A DNA stretch of 64,000 bases from Verrucomicrobiota bacterium (lineage in GTDB: Bacteria; Verrucomicrobiota; Verrucomicrobiia; Limisphaerales; J093), in assembly GCA_040766265.1 (NCBI GenBank), contig JAXGQW010000015.1, positions 14,711-78,710 of the forward strand, in the 5' to 3' direction. This document shows positions 19,924 through 28,879 of the stretch, piece after piece. Both the position numbers and the translations under genes were made by a program. Every line of letters begins with the position of its first letter. Positions within the stretch are counted from its first letter, which is position 1. The notes below the pieces were generated by a model, which did no database searches, was not told the DNA's origin, and worked only from the letters and a program-made list of their open reading frames with translations.

Positions 19924-21018
19924 TCACTGGGACCGCGGCGGCAGGAGGTAAAGCGTCAGGGCGAAGATCGAATAGACCATCAGCAACAACACCCCGACGA
20001 ACCACGCCGAACGTCCGCTGTTCGTGACGAGGGACGCGGTGAGTGTGGCGATGAGAATCATCACCACCGCGCCCGGCCAGAACTGCAAATCCATCGGTGT
20101 GGGGCCGATGACATAGCTGAGCAGCACCAGCACCGGCGCGACGAACAGCGCGATTTGCGAGGCGCTCCCCAAAGCGATGCCCACGCTCAGGTCGAGCCGG
20201 TTCTTGCGCGCGCCGGAAAACGCCGAAGCCATTTCCGCCGCGGCCCCCACCAACGCCACAACGATGAAACCGACGAACGCGGGCGTCATCCCGAAGACCT
20301 CCGCCGCCTTCTGCACCGACTCGACGAAGACTTCGCTCACCAGCGCCACCAGCACGGTCACGCCCCCCAGCGTGACCAACGCCAGACCCAACGGCCAGGG
20401 CAACTCCTCGCTCTCTCCCCCTTCCACGCTGGCGAACAGTTCCCGGTGGGTCTTGAGGGAGAACACCATGCCCAGCCCGTACGACACGATAAGCAGGAAC
20501 GCCAAACCGACACTCAACGTCTGTGTGAACCTCGCCCCGGGGGCGGAATCAGCCTGGGAGACGGCCGAGGGAATCAACAGCGCGATCGTGGCCACGAAGA
20601 GCAGCCCCGCCTGCATGCGGGCTCCAACACGGTTGTATTCTTGCAGGTGGTGCTTCAGGCCGCCCAGGAGGAACGACGCGCCCAGCATGAACAGGGTGTT
20701 GGTGACAATCGCGCCGGCGATCGAGGCTTTCACCAGCAAATACTCCCCCGCGCGCAACGCCGCCAACGCAATCACGAGTTCGGTCAGGTTGCCCAGCGTC
20801 GCGTTGAGCAGTCCGCCAACAGCATCGCCTGTCTTGGCCGCCACTGACTCGGTCGCATGACTCAGGAGCGCAGCCAGAGGCACGATGGCCAAGACGGACA
20901 AGACGAAGAGCAGGGTGTGCGCGGCCGGCCTGAGCCGATGCGCGGCGAAAACCAGCGGCACAAACGCCAACAGCCAGAGCAGGGGGTTGTGACGGATTTC
21001 TTTGAGTAAGTGGGACAC
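19924..21018 (-). CDS. Ca2+/H+ exchanger (CaCA family)
   Basis: Two alpha-repeat motifs (GNLTELVIALAAL and a second GAAAEMASA region) and about 11 TM segments. GTG 21018 chosen because the upstream part of the track ORF overlaps the preceding gene. Confidence 0.85.
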   Translation of the reverse strand: MSHLLKEIRHNPLLWLLAFVPLVFAAHRLRPAAHTLLFVLSVLAIVPLAALLSHATESVAAKTGDAVGGLLNATLGNLTELVIALAALRAGEYLLVKASIAGAIVTNTLFMLGASFLLGGLKHHLQEYNRVGARMQAGLLFVATIALLIPSAVSQADSAPGARFTQTLSVGLAFLLIVSYGLGMVFSLKTHRELFASVEGGESEELPWPLGLALVTLGGVTVLVALVSEVFVESVQKAAEVFGMTPAFVGFIVVALVGAAAEMASAFSGARKNRLDLSVGIALGSASQIALFVAPVLVLLSYVIGPTPMDLQFWPGAVVMILIATLTASLVTNSGRSAWFVGVLLLMVYSIFALTLYLLPPRSQ

Positions 21019-21034
21019 GGGGCTGGATTTCCTT

Positions 21035-21541
21035 TTACCGGAAGTAGTAGGTGAGGATGAGGTTGACCTGGAAGTCCTTCTCGCCCGAGTCAAACGAGCG
21101 CTTGATCGAGAGCGCGAAGCCAAGCGGCGTCCGGTCCAGTTGTTTGGCAACCACCAGCTTGGCTGAATGCGTCACGTAGTCGTCGTTCTCGAAGTCCACC
21201 TTGATCTCGTACTGTGGGATCACGGCCCACTGGTGAGGCAACAGGAATGTGGCCGGAAAGTACGTCTCCAGATAATGCCGCGGCGGGGCGTCCCGCAACT
21301 CGGCCAGAGATTGGTTGTATTCGGCCGAGGGGCTCAGCGTGAGCCAGCGGGTCGCATCCCAGGCGAAGGCGGCGAACTCCTGAAGCCGCCAGTCGTCGTC
21401 GCTCAGGCCCTCCTCCCCCGTCGGGGTGCGCAGTTCCAAACCTACGGCCGCTCGGCACGGTGCACTGAGGGGAAAGGCGGTGCCGGTCGCCACTTTCAGG
21501 TCACCGAATCCGCGCTCGTCAGAATCGTTGGCGCTTCTCAT
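21035..21541 (-). CDS. hypothetical protein, possibly a short or truncated outer-membrane transport-type beta-barrel
   Basis: C-terminal ...KDFQVNLILTYYFR and alternating pattern. No signal peptide at the N-terminus and only 30 nt to the upstream SulP gene. Confidence 0.45.
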   Translation of the reverse strand: MRSANDSDERGFGDLKVATGTAFPLSAPCRAAVGLELRTPTGEEGLSDDDWRLQEFAAFAWDATRWLTLSPSAEYNQSLAELRDAPPRHYLETYFPATFLLPHQWAVIPQYEIKVDFENDDYVTHSAKLVVAKQLDRTPLGFALSIKRSFDSGEKDFQVNLILTYYFR

Positions 21542-21571
21542 GGTGCGTGTTTGCTCGGCAGGTCAATCGGG

Positions 21572-23242
21572 TCAACGCACTTCCCCCTGGAAGGCCTCCA
21601 CGGCGTCCGCGACGGTGGTGAATCGGTTCACGCCGCCCAAACGCGCATCCACTCCTTCCGTGCGCAGTCGGTCACGCACGGAGGAGCGTGCATCGACCAC
21701 TTGCAGACGGACTCCGGCCATTTCGAGTTCGGCGGCCATCCCCGCGAGGGCATGGGCACTCTGCATGTCCACGTACGGAGCGGCGGAAAGGTCCAGCACC
21801 ACCAACCGGGGCGAGGTCCCCTCAATCCGGACGCGCTGCCGGACGGTGTCACACACATGCTCGATGTTGAAGTACATGAGGCTGGCTTCCGGCCGGAAGA
21901 CGAGCACGCCGGGAATCAGTTCGTTGTCCGGATGCCGCTCGCGGTCCGAGAATCGCCGTGTGCCCGGGACGCGTCCGAGCAGCGCCACACCGGGGCGGGA
22001 AGCGCGCCGGATCAGCAGCACGAGGGAGATGATCGCGCCGATCAGGACGCCCTTCAGCAGGCCAAAGCACAAGACGCCCAGGAACGCCCCGCTCGCCACG
22101 ATGTGCTCGGTCGGGTTGGTGCGCCGGAGATGGCGGAGCGCGGACACCTGGAACAAGCCCGTGACCGCCACCAGCACAATGGCCGCCAGCACCGGTTGGG
22201 GGAGGTAACGCAGCATGCCCGAGAGAAACAGGACGACCACCAGTATGATCAACGAGGCGACCAAGCCCGAAAGCGGCGTGCGCGCGCCGCCGCTTTCATT
22301 CACCAGCGATTGCGACATGCCGCCACTGACAGGAAAGCCCCCGCCCAACGCCGCCGCCGCGTTCGCCCCAGCGAGCGCCAGAAATTCCTGGTTGGCGTCC
22401 AGCCGGCCCCCGTGTTTGGCCACGAACATGCGGCCGATGGCGGCCGTTTCCACGGCGCCGAGAAGAAAGCACGCCAGCGCCAGCGGCAGGAGGTCGTTCA
22501 GGTCGGACCATCGGATGTTGGGCAGACCGATCGGCGGCAGACCTTGCGGCACCTCGCCCAGCAGTTTCACCCCGTGTCGACCCAGATCGGTGTAAGCAGC
22601 GACGGCGATACTCCCGACGACGACAAACAAGGCCACCGGCCGGTTCTTGAGGTACACTTTGCCCAGGACCAGTAACGCCAATGCGACAAGACCAAGAACC
22701 AAGGAGGCAGCGCTGGTTTCGTCGAGATGCGAGAGGAAGCTGCCGGTTCGCTCCCAGAAACTGCCGTGGCCGCCTTTGAAACCAAAGAGCTTCGGCAACT
22801 GTGTGCTGGCCAGAAACAGCGCCACGCCGCACTTGAACCCGACCATCACACTCTCAGAGATGAAGTTGACGATGGAACCCGCTTTAGCCGCCCATGCCAC
22901 CAACGCGATCGCCGCCGTGAGCAGCGCCGTCCCTGCGGCGAGAGCGCCCAGGCGCGCCACATCGCCTCCGGCCCACTCCCCCAGCGATGCCCCCGCCAAC
23001 AGCGAGATGGCCGAGGTGACCGTGATCGCCGTGTGGCGCGAGCTGCAGAACAACCAGAAAACCAGGCCGGAGCAGAGGCAGGCATACAGCCCTGCCTGCG
23101 CCGGCAGGTTGGCCAGCGAGGCGTCCGCGATGCCCGCGGGCAGCAGATACGCGGCCAGCGTGAGGCCGGCCACGACATCGCCTCGCAGCCAGTTCTTGTC
23201 ATACGTGCGGAGCCACGTGATGGCTGGGAGTGGGATGGGCAT
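21572..23242 (-). CDS. SulP family inorganic anion transporter with C-terminal STAS domain
   Basis: MPIPLPAITWLRTYDKNWLRGDVVAGLTLAAYLLPAGIADASLA... (SulP N-terminal signature). C-terminal STAS-like LVVLDLSAAPYVDMQSAHAL. Confidence 0.92.
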   Translation of the reverse strand: MPIPLPAITWLRTYDKNWLRGDVVAGLTLAAYLLPAGIADASLANLPAQAGLYACLCSGLVFWLFCSSRHTAITVTSAISLLAGASLGEWAGGDVARLGALAAGTALLTAAIALVAWAAKAGSIVNFISESVMVGFKCGVALFLASTQLPKLFGFKGGHGSFWERTGSFLSHLDETSAASLVLGLVALALLVLGKVYLKNRPVALFVVVGSIAVAAYTDLGRHGVKLLGEVPQGLPPIGLPNIRWSDLNDLLPLALACFLLGAVETAAIGRMFVAKHGGRLDANQEFLALAGANAAAALGGGFPVSGGMSQSLVNESGGARTPLSGLVASLIILVVVLFLSGMLRYLPQPVLAAIVLVAVTGLFQVSALRHLRRTNPTEHIVASGAFLGVLCFGLLKGVLIGAIISLVLLIRRASRPGVALLGRVPGTRRFSDRERHPDNELIPGVLVFRPEASLMYFNIEHVCDTVRQRVRIEGTSPRLVVLDLSAAPYVDMQSAHALAGMAAELEMAGVRLQVVDARSSVRDRLRTEGVDARLGGVNRFTTVADAVEAFQGEVR

Positions 23243-23400
23243 GAGGCGGGTGGTCAGGTTGAGTTCCAGGAGGTCCCCTCCGAAATCTGGATTGTCCTCC
23301 CATCAGCGACTCGAGAAGATCGTTCCTCCGAGCGTCGGCCGCGGCTCCGCCGCGCTGCATGTTCCGCGGTTGGCACTGCTCGGTCTTTCACGATGGCGCC

Positions 23401-24264
23401 TCAGCCCAGCATCGAGCCGACCGGCAGGTTGGCCACCGGACAGCGCGCCTGACGCAAGACGCGTTCCGAGGTGGTCCCCCGCAGACCGTCCAGGAATCCG
23501 TCCGGACCGTCCGTCGTCATCACGATCAGGTCGGCGGCAAGTTCGGCGCCTGCGGCCAGAATGGTTTCCACCGGATCGCCATCCCGTGCGACCCGATTCC
23601 AGGTCCAGCCCGTTCCCTCCGGCAGCTTCACCGAGGGCATTTCGCTGGCCGGCCCAACATGAAGCAAAGTGACTGTGCCCTCGGACAGGCGCAGGTTGCG
23701 CACAATCCGCGTCGCAGCTTCCACTGCAGGCTGCGGTCGCGGTTTCGTCGTCACGGGGATGAGGATATTCCGAAGCGACACGGAGCCATCCGCCTGTGAG
23801 ACGAAGCCTGCCGCACCGTGCGGGATAAAGAGCGTCATCTGGTTCGCGCCGCGCGCGATCGGTTCGCCCACTGATTTCCCGAACCAACGCATCCGACCCT
23901 GGTGTTGGCGCACCGCCAAGACGACCAGGTCGGCCGGGTGCTCGGCCAGAAAACCGAGGGAGGCCTGGACCGGGTCCTTGGCGGCGGCGATGACTTTTTG
24001 CACCTCAAGCCCGAGGTTTCCGACCGCGCTCTTGGGGCTGCCCGGCGGGATAAGGTGCCAACGTTCGAGCGTGTCGCGCACCCCAGGAAAATCGCTCCAG
24101 TCAGCGCTCGCCTCCGCCGCCACATGCAGCATGGACAGCCTGGCTTTGGTCACAAGCGCGATTTTGAGTGCGTGGGCGAAGGCGACTTCGCTTGCCGCAG
24201 AGAAGTCCGACGGATGAAAAATGGACTCGATGCGGAATCCTGTGAGCGGATCGGTGAGGTTCAT
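23401..24264 (-). CDS. universal stress protein, tandem Usp domains
   Basis: Two Usp repeats (IFHPSDFSAASEVAFAHAL...LHV and ILIPVTTKP...LLHV). C-terminal G-x2-G-x9-G-S/T-like GFLDGLRGTTSERVLR. Confidence 0.85.
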   Translation of the reverse strand: MNLTDPLTGFRIESIFHPSDFSAASEVAFAHALKIALVTKARLSMLHVAAEASADWSDFPGVRDTLERWHLIPPGSPKSAVGNLGLEVQKVIAAAKDPVQASLGFLAEHPADLVVLAVRQHQGRMRWFGKSVGEPIARGANQMTLFIPHGAAGFVSQADGSVSLRNILIPVTTKPRPQPAVEAATRIVRNLRLSEGTVTLLHVGPASEMPSVKLPEGTGWTWNRVARDGDPVETILAAGAELAADLIVMTTDGPDGFLDGLRGTTSERVLRQARCPVANLPVGSMLG

Positions 24265-24301
24265 TCCAAGGGTTTGGCAGGTTGTTGTTCTTTGAGACGA
24301 G

Positions 24302-24496
24302 TTATGAAGAGATACAAGTCGGTCGCAGCCGGGCGCTAATCGCTGACCCCAGACCGCGCACGATCAGGTCCACGGCATCCTTCGGGGTGTCTGTGATGCG
24401 GCCGAAGCCAATCTCATCCTGTGCGAAGATGCTTTGATTGAGTTTCTCGATGGAGAGAATGGCCGACAGCTCGTGGGGGAGAATGATGATCCTCAT
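24302..24496 (-). CDS. small hypothetical protein (64 aa)
   Basis: ATGA start/stop overlap with the upstream Hint-domain gene (24493-24496) argues for a real, coupled cistron. No confident family. Confidence 0.4.
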   Translation of the reverse strand: MRIIILPHELSAILSIEKLNQSIFAQDEIGFGRITDTPKDAVDLIVRGLGSAISARLRPTCISS

Positions 24497-25053
24497 CGGT
24501 CACTGTCCTGGTTGCCGCGGCGCATCGCCCTGCCCGGGATCGCGGCGGCGTTCATCTCATCGATCATGCTGTTCACTGGGACGCCCTGAATACGGTAGCC
24601 GGCATCCTCCGTCAGCAGGTCGTAGGAGCGATTCACACCGCGACGGGAGGCAAGGCCGGTGACCCTCCGACCAGCGATGGTCTGGCCGATCTGGATGTCG
24701 CAGGCCCGAATCCCGCTCAGGCGGTGCATGCCGCAAAGGTCCACCGCCGCGCCGTCGGCAAAAGTGAGCCGAAGGAAAACCGTCCGGGGATTCTCCAGGT
24801 ACGAGTGCTTTTGCAGGACCAGCACGGGCCTGCCTGAGAAGCCGATCACGGCGTCGCCCGCCTCCAACTTCTCGATGGGCCGCGGTCCGGCGGGTGTATC
24901 CACCTGCGTGGCCTCAGGAAGGCAGGCGAAGTACAGCTTGACTCCCGCGTAGGGCATCGCCGCTCCGACCAGCGGGCCGATCATTCCGCAACCGCAGAGA
25001 CCGGCCGCCACCAGGCAGAGGGCGAGCAGCAGAAGTGGCGATGTCCGTTTCAC
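24493..25053 (-). CDS. lipoprotein consisting almost entirely of a Hint / bacterial intein-like (BIL) domain
   Basis: Lipobox LLLALCLVAAGLCGCG, then about 20 aa. Then C-LPEATQVDTPAGPRPIEKLEAGDAVIG (Hint block A starting with Cys) ... SYDLLTEDAGYRIQGVPVN-S (C-terminal Hint blocks ending Asn, then Ser). GTG 25053 chosen; upstream sequence is repeat unit E. Confidence 0.7.
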   Translation of the reverse strand: MKRTSPLLLLALCLVAAGLCGCGMIGPLVGAAMPYAGVKLYFACLPEATQVDTPAGPRPIEKLEAGDAVIGFSGRPVLVLQKHSYLENPRTVFLRLTFADGAAVDLCGMHRLSGIRACDIQIGQTIAGRRVTGLASRRGVNRSYDLLTEDAGYRIQGVPVNSMIDEMNAAAIPGRAMRRGNQDSDR

Positions 25054-25067
25054 GATCGGTTTGCTTT

Positions 25068-25143
25068 GCCAGCACGCACGAGCGCACCTCTCGATGACAT
25101 CAGCTCCGCGTTCTTCAGGAGTTGGCGAGAAATGCGCGCGCGA
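25068..25143 (+). repeat. degenerate palindromic unit E
   Basis: ...CGAGCGCACCTCTCGATGACATCAGCTCCGCGTTCTTCAGGAGTTGGCGAGAAATGCGCGCG aligns with 55211..55286 and 34988..35062. The terminal stem is eroded. Confidence 0.6.
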
Positions 25144-25294
25144 GGGCGCGACGGCAGACCACTCGACCTGTCGCCCACGCATCCCGAGATTCGAGGATTC
25201 CAGGCACAATCGCAACGAGGAACGGCGGTCATTCGCGCGAAATCGTCCAAGTGTGGTTTCATGTTCGGTTGTTGCTCAAGGTTGCGAACTGAAC

Positions 25295-25606
25295 TCAGCG
25301 ACCGCGCCCGCCCCCGCGCCCCCCAAAGCTCCGCCCGCCTCCGCCGCCAAAGCCTCCGCTCCGGCTGGCGGAGCTCCGACTACTGAAGTCGCGGGCGCTG
25401 GCGCCACCGCTCATGCCACTGAAAGCGCTGCTGCGGGATGCCGTCGAGGGCGCCGATCGGCTGACCGACGGGCTGGCGGAGGGTCGCGAGACGTTGGCCG
25501 CCCGGGACGCACTGGAACGGTTGACCGCCGGCGAAGCGGTCGGCCGACTGGCGGACGGGGTGCCGGTGCTCGGCCTCGGGGCGATCGCACCCGTCGATGT
25601 GCACAT
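25295..25606 (-). CDS. possible Ser/Arg/Gly-rich low-complexity protein (frame uncertain)
   Basis: ORF ending ...SGGFGGGGGRSFGGRGGGRGR. An overlapping 80-aa ORF (25380..25622) has equal or higher GC3. Coding status is unresolved. Confidence 0.3.
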   Translation of the reverse strand: MCTSTGAIAPRPSTGTPSASRPTASPAVNRSSASRAANVSRPSASPSVSRSAPSTASRSSAFSGMSGGASARDFSSRSSASRSGGFGGGGGRSFGGRGGGRGR

Positions 25607-25637
25607 GGCAGTCAGGCTTCACGAGAGGTCAGTTCGG

Positions 25638-26348
25638 TCACGGCGTGATGCTCAGGTCGCGCAAGATGTCGTCCACCGCCGCTTGGATGTTGGCCGCCCG
25701 CGCGTCGGCGGAGGGATTGCGGAGCACGGGACGCGTGGCGTACCCGCGTTTGAGCAGCTTGAAGCTCCTTGCGTCGATGACGTCGATGACGAGTGTGCCG
25801 GCCTCGAAGTAATTCGGGTTCTTGCTCCCGGTATAGGCGGCGTGCGCCTTGTCCACCAGTTTGTCCGGGTCCTCGCTGTTGGCCAGGTAGTCACTGACCG
25901 ACACGATCGAGGCGTTGTTGCCGACGACAAGCAAGTAGCCCACCGTGACATCGCCGCCCGCATCCGCCTTCGCGATGCCCCGCTTGCTCAGGTTTGTCGT
26001 GATGGCCTCTTGAATCATGGTATGGACCGGCCTCCAGCGAGCCGCGGGAGGACTGGCAGGGTTGACTAAGCTGAAGGTGCGCGCGGGGATCGGCCCGCGG
26101 TCAACCTTGGCCGGGGTCGAGGAACAGCCCGCCAGCACAATCGCCAACCCGGCGCTGGCCAGGCTCGCCCGGAACCTGGTCGCCGCGGATGTGAGTCCGC
26201 GCCATTTCGCTCCGCCTGGGCCCGAGGCCTGAGCCGACGCGCCTGTCCGGCCCCGGCAAAGCGAGGCGGGCATCCGTCGGCGGCTGCAGGATTCAGAGTT
26301 GCGAATCGCCCCTGAGAAGAGCGGGCGACATTTTGGATGTGTTTTCAT
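25638..26348 (-). CDS. DUF4136-like lipoprotein
   Basis: Lipobox LAIVLAGCSS. C-terminal GTLVIDVIDARSFKLLKRGYA resembles the DUF4136 signature. Start is ATG 26348 or 26273; the track start 26540 lies in repeat D. Confidence 0.65.
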   Translation of the reverse strand: MKTHPKCRPLFSGAIRNSESCSRRRMPASLCRGRTGASAQASGPGGAKWRGLTSAATRFRASLASAGLAIVLAGCSSTPAKVDRGPIPARTFSLVNPASPPAARWRPVHTMIQEAITTNLSKRGIAKADAGGDVTVGYLLVVGNNASIVSVSDYLANSEDPDKLVDKAHAAYTGSKNPNYFEAGTLVIDVIDARSFKLLKRGYATRPVLRNPSADARAANIQAAVDDILRDLSITP

Positions 26349-26425
26349 AGACTGGATTCCGGGTGAGGTCAGGTTTACAGGGATACGCATTGATGGAATC
26401 TGTTCAGTGTGCTCTGGTTCCAGCG

Positions 26426-26566
26426 TTAGCGAGGCTTCGCATGAGACCAAAGAGGCGTGTGAACAACTCGTGGCCGCTGGGAGGCAACCACGATCAGCGG
26501 CGACCGACGCCTCGCTAAGTGGCGCCGCTGCGCGGCGCAAAAACTTGACTCATTTGCCACAGATTT
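26426..26566 (+). repeat. palindromic unit D plus unit G (second copy)
   Basis: See 7475..7612. Same orientation, same D-G order. Confidence 0.8.
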
Positions 26567-26619
26567 CATCGGGGAGTAACTCTAGGGTGACTTCCTTTTC
26601 ACAATTTGTACTGAATGAG

Positions 26620-27138
26620 TCAGTTGGTTTTGATCACCGTGCCCAACGCGGGCATATCGGCGGCGATGTTCAAATCGATGAACAGCGCCATCTGGTGCTC
26701 AACCTGAAGGAATTGCGCTGCCCGAGCCGGGGACACCGCCTTGGCTATTCTCTTGTGGTACTTCCTCCAGAGATCAAGGCGGGCTTGGACGTTCTTCAGC
26801 CATCGCTGGGCAATCGAGTTCGCGGCGTCATCCTCAAGGGTGCCGTTGGCGCAGCGATCGTGAAACTCGCGCAGCAGGGCGATCTTCTGGTTGGCGACTT
26901 GGGCCAAGTCCTGTTCGTACCGGCGATAGATCGGCCAGAACTTCTCGGCTTCCGGGCCGGTCATCTGCAGGGCTTCGTTCAATACGCGAATCTTGAAGGC
27001 GTTCACATCCGAACGCAGGTTCTCGATCGCGGCGCGCAAGTCGTCGGGGACATCGCGAGCCGCGGTTTGGGCAAGACTCGTCGCGCCGGCGAACGCGAGT
27101 CCGACGGCGAGGAGCAGGGACTGAAAACTGGTCTTCAT
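26620..27138 (-). CDS. hypothetical periplasmic helical protein
   Basis: MKTSFQSLLLAVGLAFAGATSLAQ signal peptide. Helical, Spy/CpxP-like composition. No confident family. Confidence 0.55.
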   Translation of the reverse strand: MKTSFQSLLLAVGLAFAGATSLAQTAARDVPDDLRAAIENLRSDVNAFKIRVLNEALQMTGPEAEKFWPIYRRYEQDLAQVANQKIALLREFHDRCANGTLEDDAANSIAQRWLKNVQARLDLWRKYHKRIAKAVSPARAAQFLQVEHQMALFIDLNIAADMPALGTVIKTN

Positions 27139-27182
27139 AGACGTGGGATCTTGGTGATGGAGATTGTGGCGGGACATGGTTG

Positions 27183-27884
27183 CTAGTTGAGTTTCGAGTC
27201 CTTCCAGTACTTGGTTCCTTGCACCGTGGCCTGCAGCGACAGACCACTTTCTGTGAACTGATAGATCTCCATACCGCCTGAGGTGCTCACGGCGGCGACG
27301 GTACCGTCTCGAGTGGAACGGCCGGCGCGGGCATCGGTCGTGGCTCCCGCCGTGACGGTGCCTTCCTTGAAGTCGACGTTGGCCTTGGCACCGCCCTCGA
27401 GCGACATGCCGGTGTCCTTGTACTTGGCGGATGCATCGCCCTTGCCGCCGAACTGCCAGCCTTGCTCGACGAACTGCTGCATCACCTTCGGGTCGTTGAA
27501 CACGAAGACAACCCGCAGGTCTTTGATGCCCAAACCAACGCCACCGCCGAGGGACGCCACGGACATGAAGGTGTCCTTCCCGCTTTTGTTGTCTCTCAGG
27601 ACCCCGTACCCGCGGCCCGAGGCGAGCAGGAACAGGTTCATATCCGTCTGTTTGAATGTGGCGTAGCCGGCGGCCTTGGCGAGGCGGTCTTTCAACTCCG
27701 GCTTGGTCTTATAGAGTTCGGCCAGCATTTCGTCACGCTGTTGCCGGACTGCTTGACGCTTCTCCTCGGGACTGCCGCCTCGAGGGCCGAACAGGGCGGC
27801 GTTGGAGGCTGGCGGCAGCAACATGGCGGCACAGCCCAGGAATGCCAGTCCCCAGCGGCAGCTTAGATGTGCAAACGTCTTCAT
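27183..27884 (-). CDS. SYLF (Ysc84-like, DUF500) domain protein with signal peptide
   Basis: GYGVLRDNKSGKDTFMSVASLGGGVGLGIKDLRVVFVFNDPKVMQQF...FGGKGDAS resembles the lipid-binding SYLF domain pattern. Confidence 0.65.
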   Translation of the reverse strand: MKTFAHLSCRWGLAFLGCAAMLLPPASNAALFGPRGGSPEEKRQAVRQQRDEMLAELYKTKPELKDRLAKAAGYATFKQTDMNLFLLASGRGYGVLRDNKSGKDTFMSVASLGGGVGLGIKDLRVVFVFNDPKVMQQFVEQGWQFGGKGDASAKYKDTGMSLEGGAKANVDFKEGTVTAGATTDARAGRSTRDGTVAAVSTSGGMEIYQFTESGLSLQATVQGTKYWKDSKLN

Positions 27885-28043
27885 ACGAGCATCAACGTCA
27901 TTGTTCTGTATTCTGTCTCCGTGCCATCAACCGACCGCGGTCATCTCGCAGGTGCGGTAGCGGCAAATCTGCCGGAATCCCGAGATTCGCGCTCAGTTCA
28001 GTTGGTTCGCCACTTTGTTGAGCAGGGACCAGTACGGTGCTCC

Positions 28044-28853
28044 TCAGTACTTCTCCGGCACGGACGCTCGGCCCTTGAGCGAGGCCTGGTCATCGTAGGC
28101 CCCTTTCATCGAACGGTTCGGTAGCTTCACCTTCTCACGCGGCGGCTTCTTGCAGGGGATCAAGCTCAGGATGTGACAAATACAGTTGAGTCGGGCGCGC
28201 TTCTTGTCGTCCGAACGCAGGATGTACCACGGCGCCCATTTGGTGTCCGTCGCCTTGAGCATGAGGTCCCGGGCGCGAGAGTACTCGAACCACTTGCTGC
28301 GCGAGGGAAGGTCCATCGGGCTGAGTTTCCACTGACGCAGCGGGTCATCCATCCGGGCCTCGAAGCGTCGTTTTTGTTCCTTGTTGCTGACTTCGAGCCA
28401 GATTTTGATGAGTTGGATACCTCCATTGACGATGTACTTTTCAATTTCCGGGCACAGTTCGAGAAAGCGGCGATGCTGTTCTTTAGTGCAGAACCCCATC
28501 ACCCATTCGACGCCGGCGCGGTTATACCAACTGCGGTCGAAGATGACGACCTCGCCCGCCGCCGGGAAATGCTGCATGTAACGCTGGAAGTACATCTGGG
28601 TCTTCTCCCGGTCCGACGGCGCGGGGAGCGCCACCAGTCGAAAGACGCGCGGGCTGAGGCGCTCGGTGATGGCCTTGATGGTGCCCCCTTTGCCGGCGGC
28701 GTCGCGGCCCTCGAACACGATGATGACGCGCAGTCCCTTGAATTTCACCCACTCCTGCAGTCGGCACAACTTGGCTTGGAGTTGGCGCAGCTCTTTCTCG
28801 TACTTCTTGGTCTTCATCTTCCCGGCAGGGCCGGCTTTGGGTTGTCTGCTCAT
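28044..28853 (-). CDS. ppk2: polyphosphate kinase 2
   Basis: VIIVFEGRDAAGKGGTIKAITERLSPRVFRLVALPAPSDREKTQMYFQRYMQHFPAAGEVVIFDRSWYNRAGVE matches the PPK2 Walker A and lid motifs. Confidence 0.92.
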   Translation of the reverse strand: MSRQPKAGPAGKMKTKKYEKELRQLQAKLCRLQEWVKFKGLRVIIVFEGRDAAGKGGTIKAITERLSPRVFRLVALPAPSDREKTQMYFQRYMQHFPAAGEVVIFDRSWYNRAGVEWVMGFCTKEQHRRFLELCPEIEKYIVNGGIQLIKIWLEVSNKEQKRRFEARMDDPLRQWKLSPMDLPSRSKWFEYSRARDLMLKATDTKWAPWYILRSDDKKRARLNCICHILSLIPCKKPPREKVKLPNRSMKGAYDDQASLKGRASVPEKY

Positions 28854-28879
28854 GATCAGGACCTGTCACTCGGGACTCG

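Noticed and set aside
24302-24496. Assigning the 64-aa ORF to the LOG/TIGR00730 family because of ...ITDTPKDAVDLIV
   Set aside because: The resemblance is limited to a short C-terminal pattern. Kept as a hypothetical CDS only.
25050-25262. Apparent small-protein family sharing QLLKNAE(L/P)MSSRGALMR (also 54932..55333, the N-terminus of 33572..35083, and 55083..55268)
   Set aside because: The shared peptide is simply the translation of palindromic unit E. The copies lie in different contexts and frames, without consistent starts or stops.
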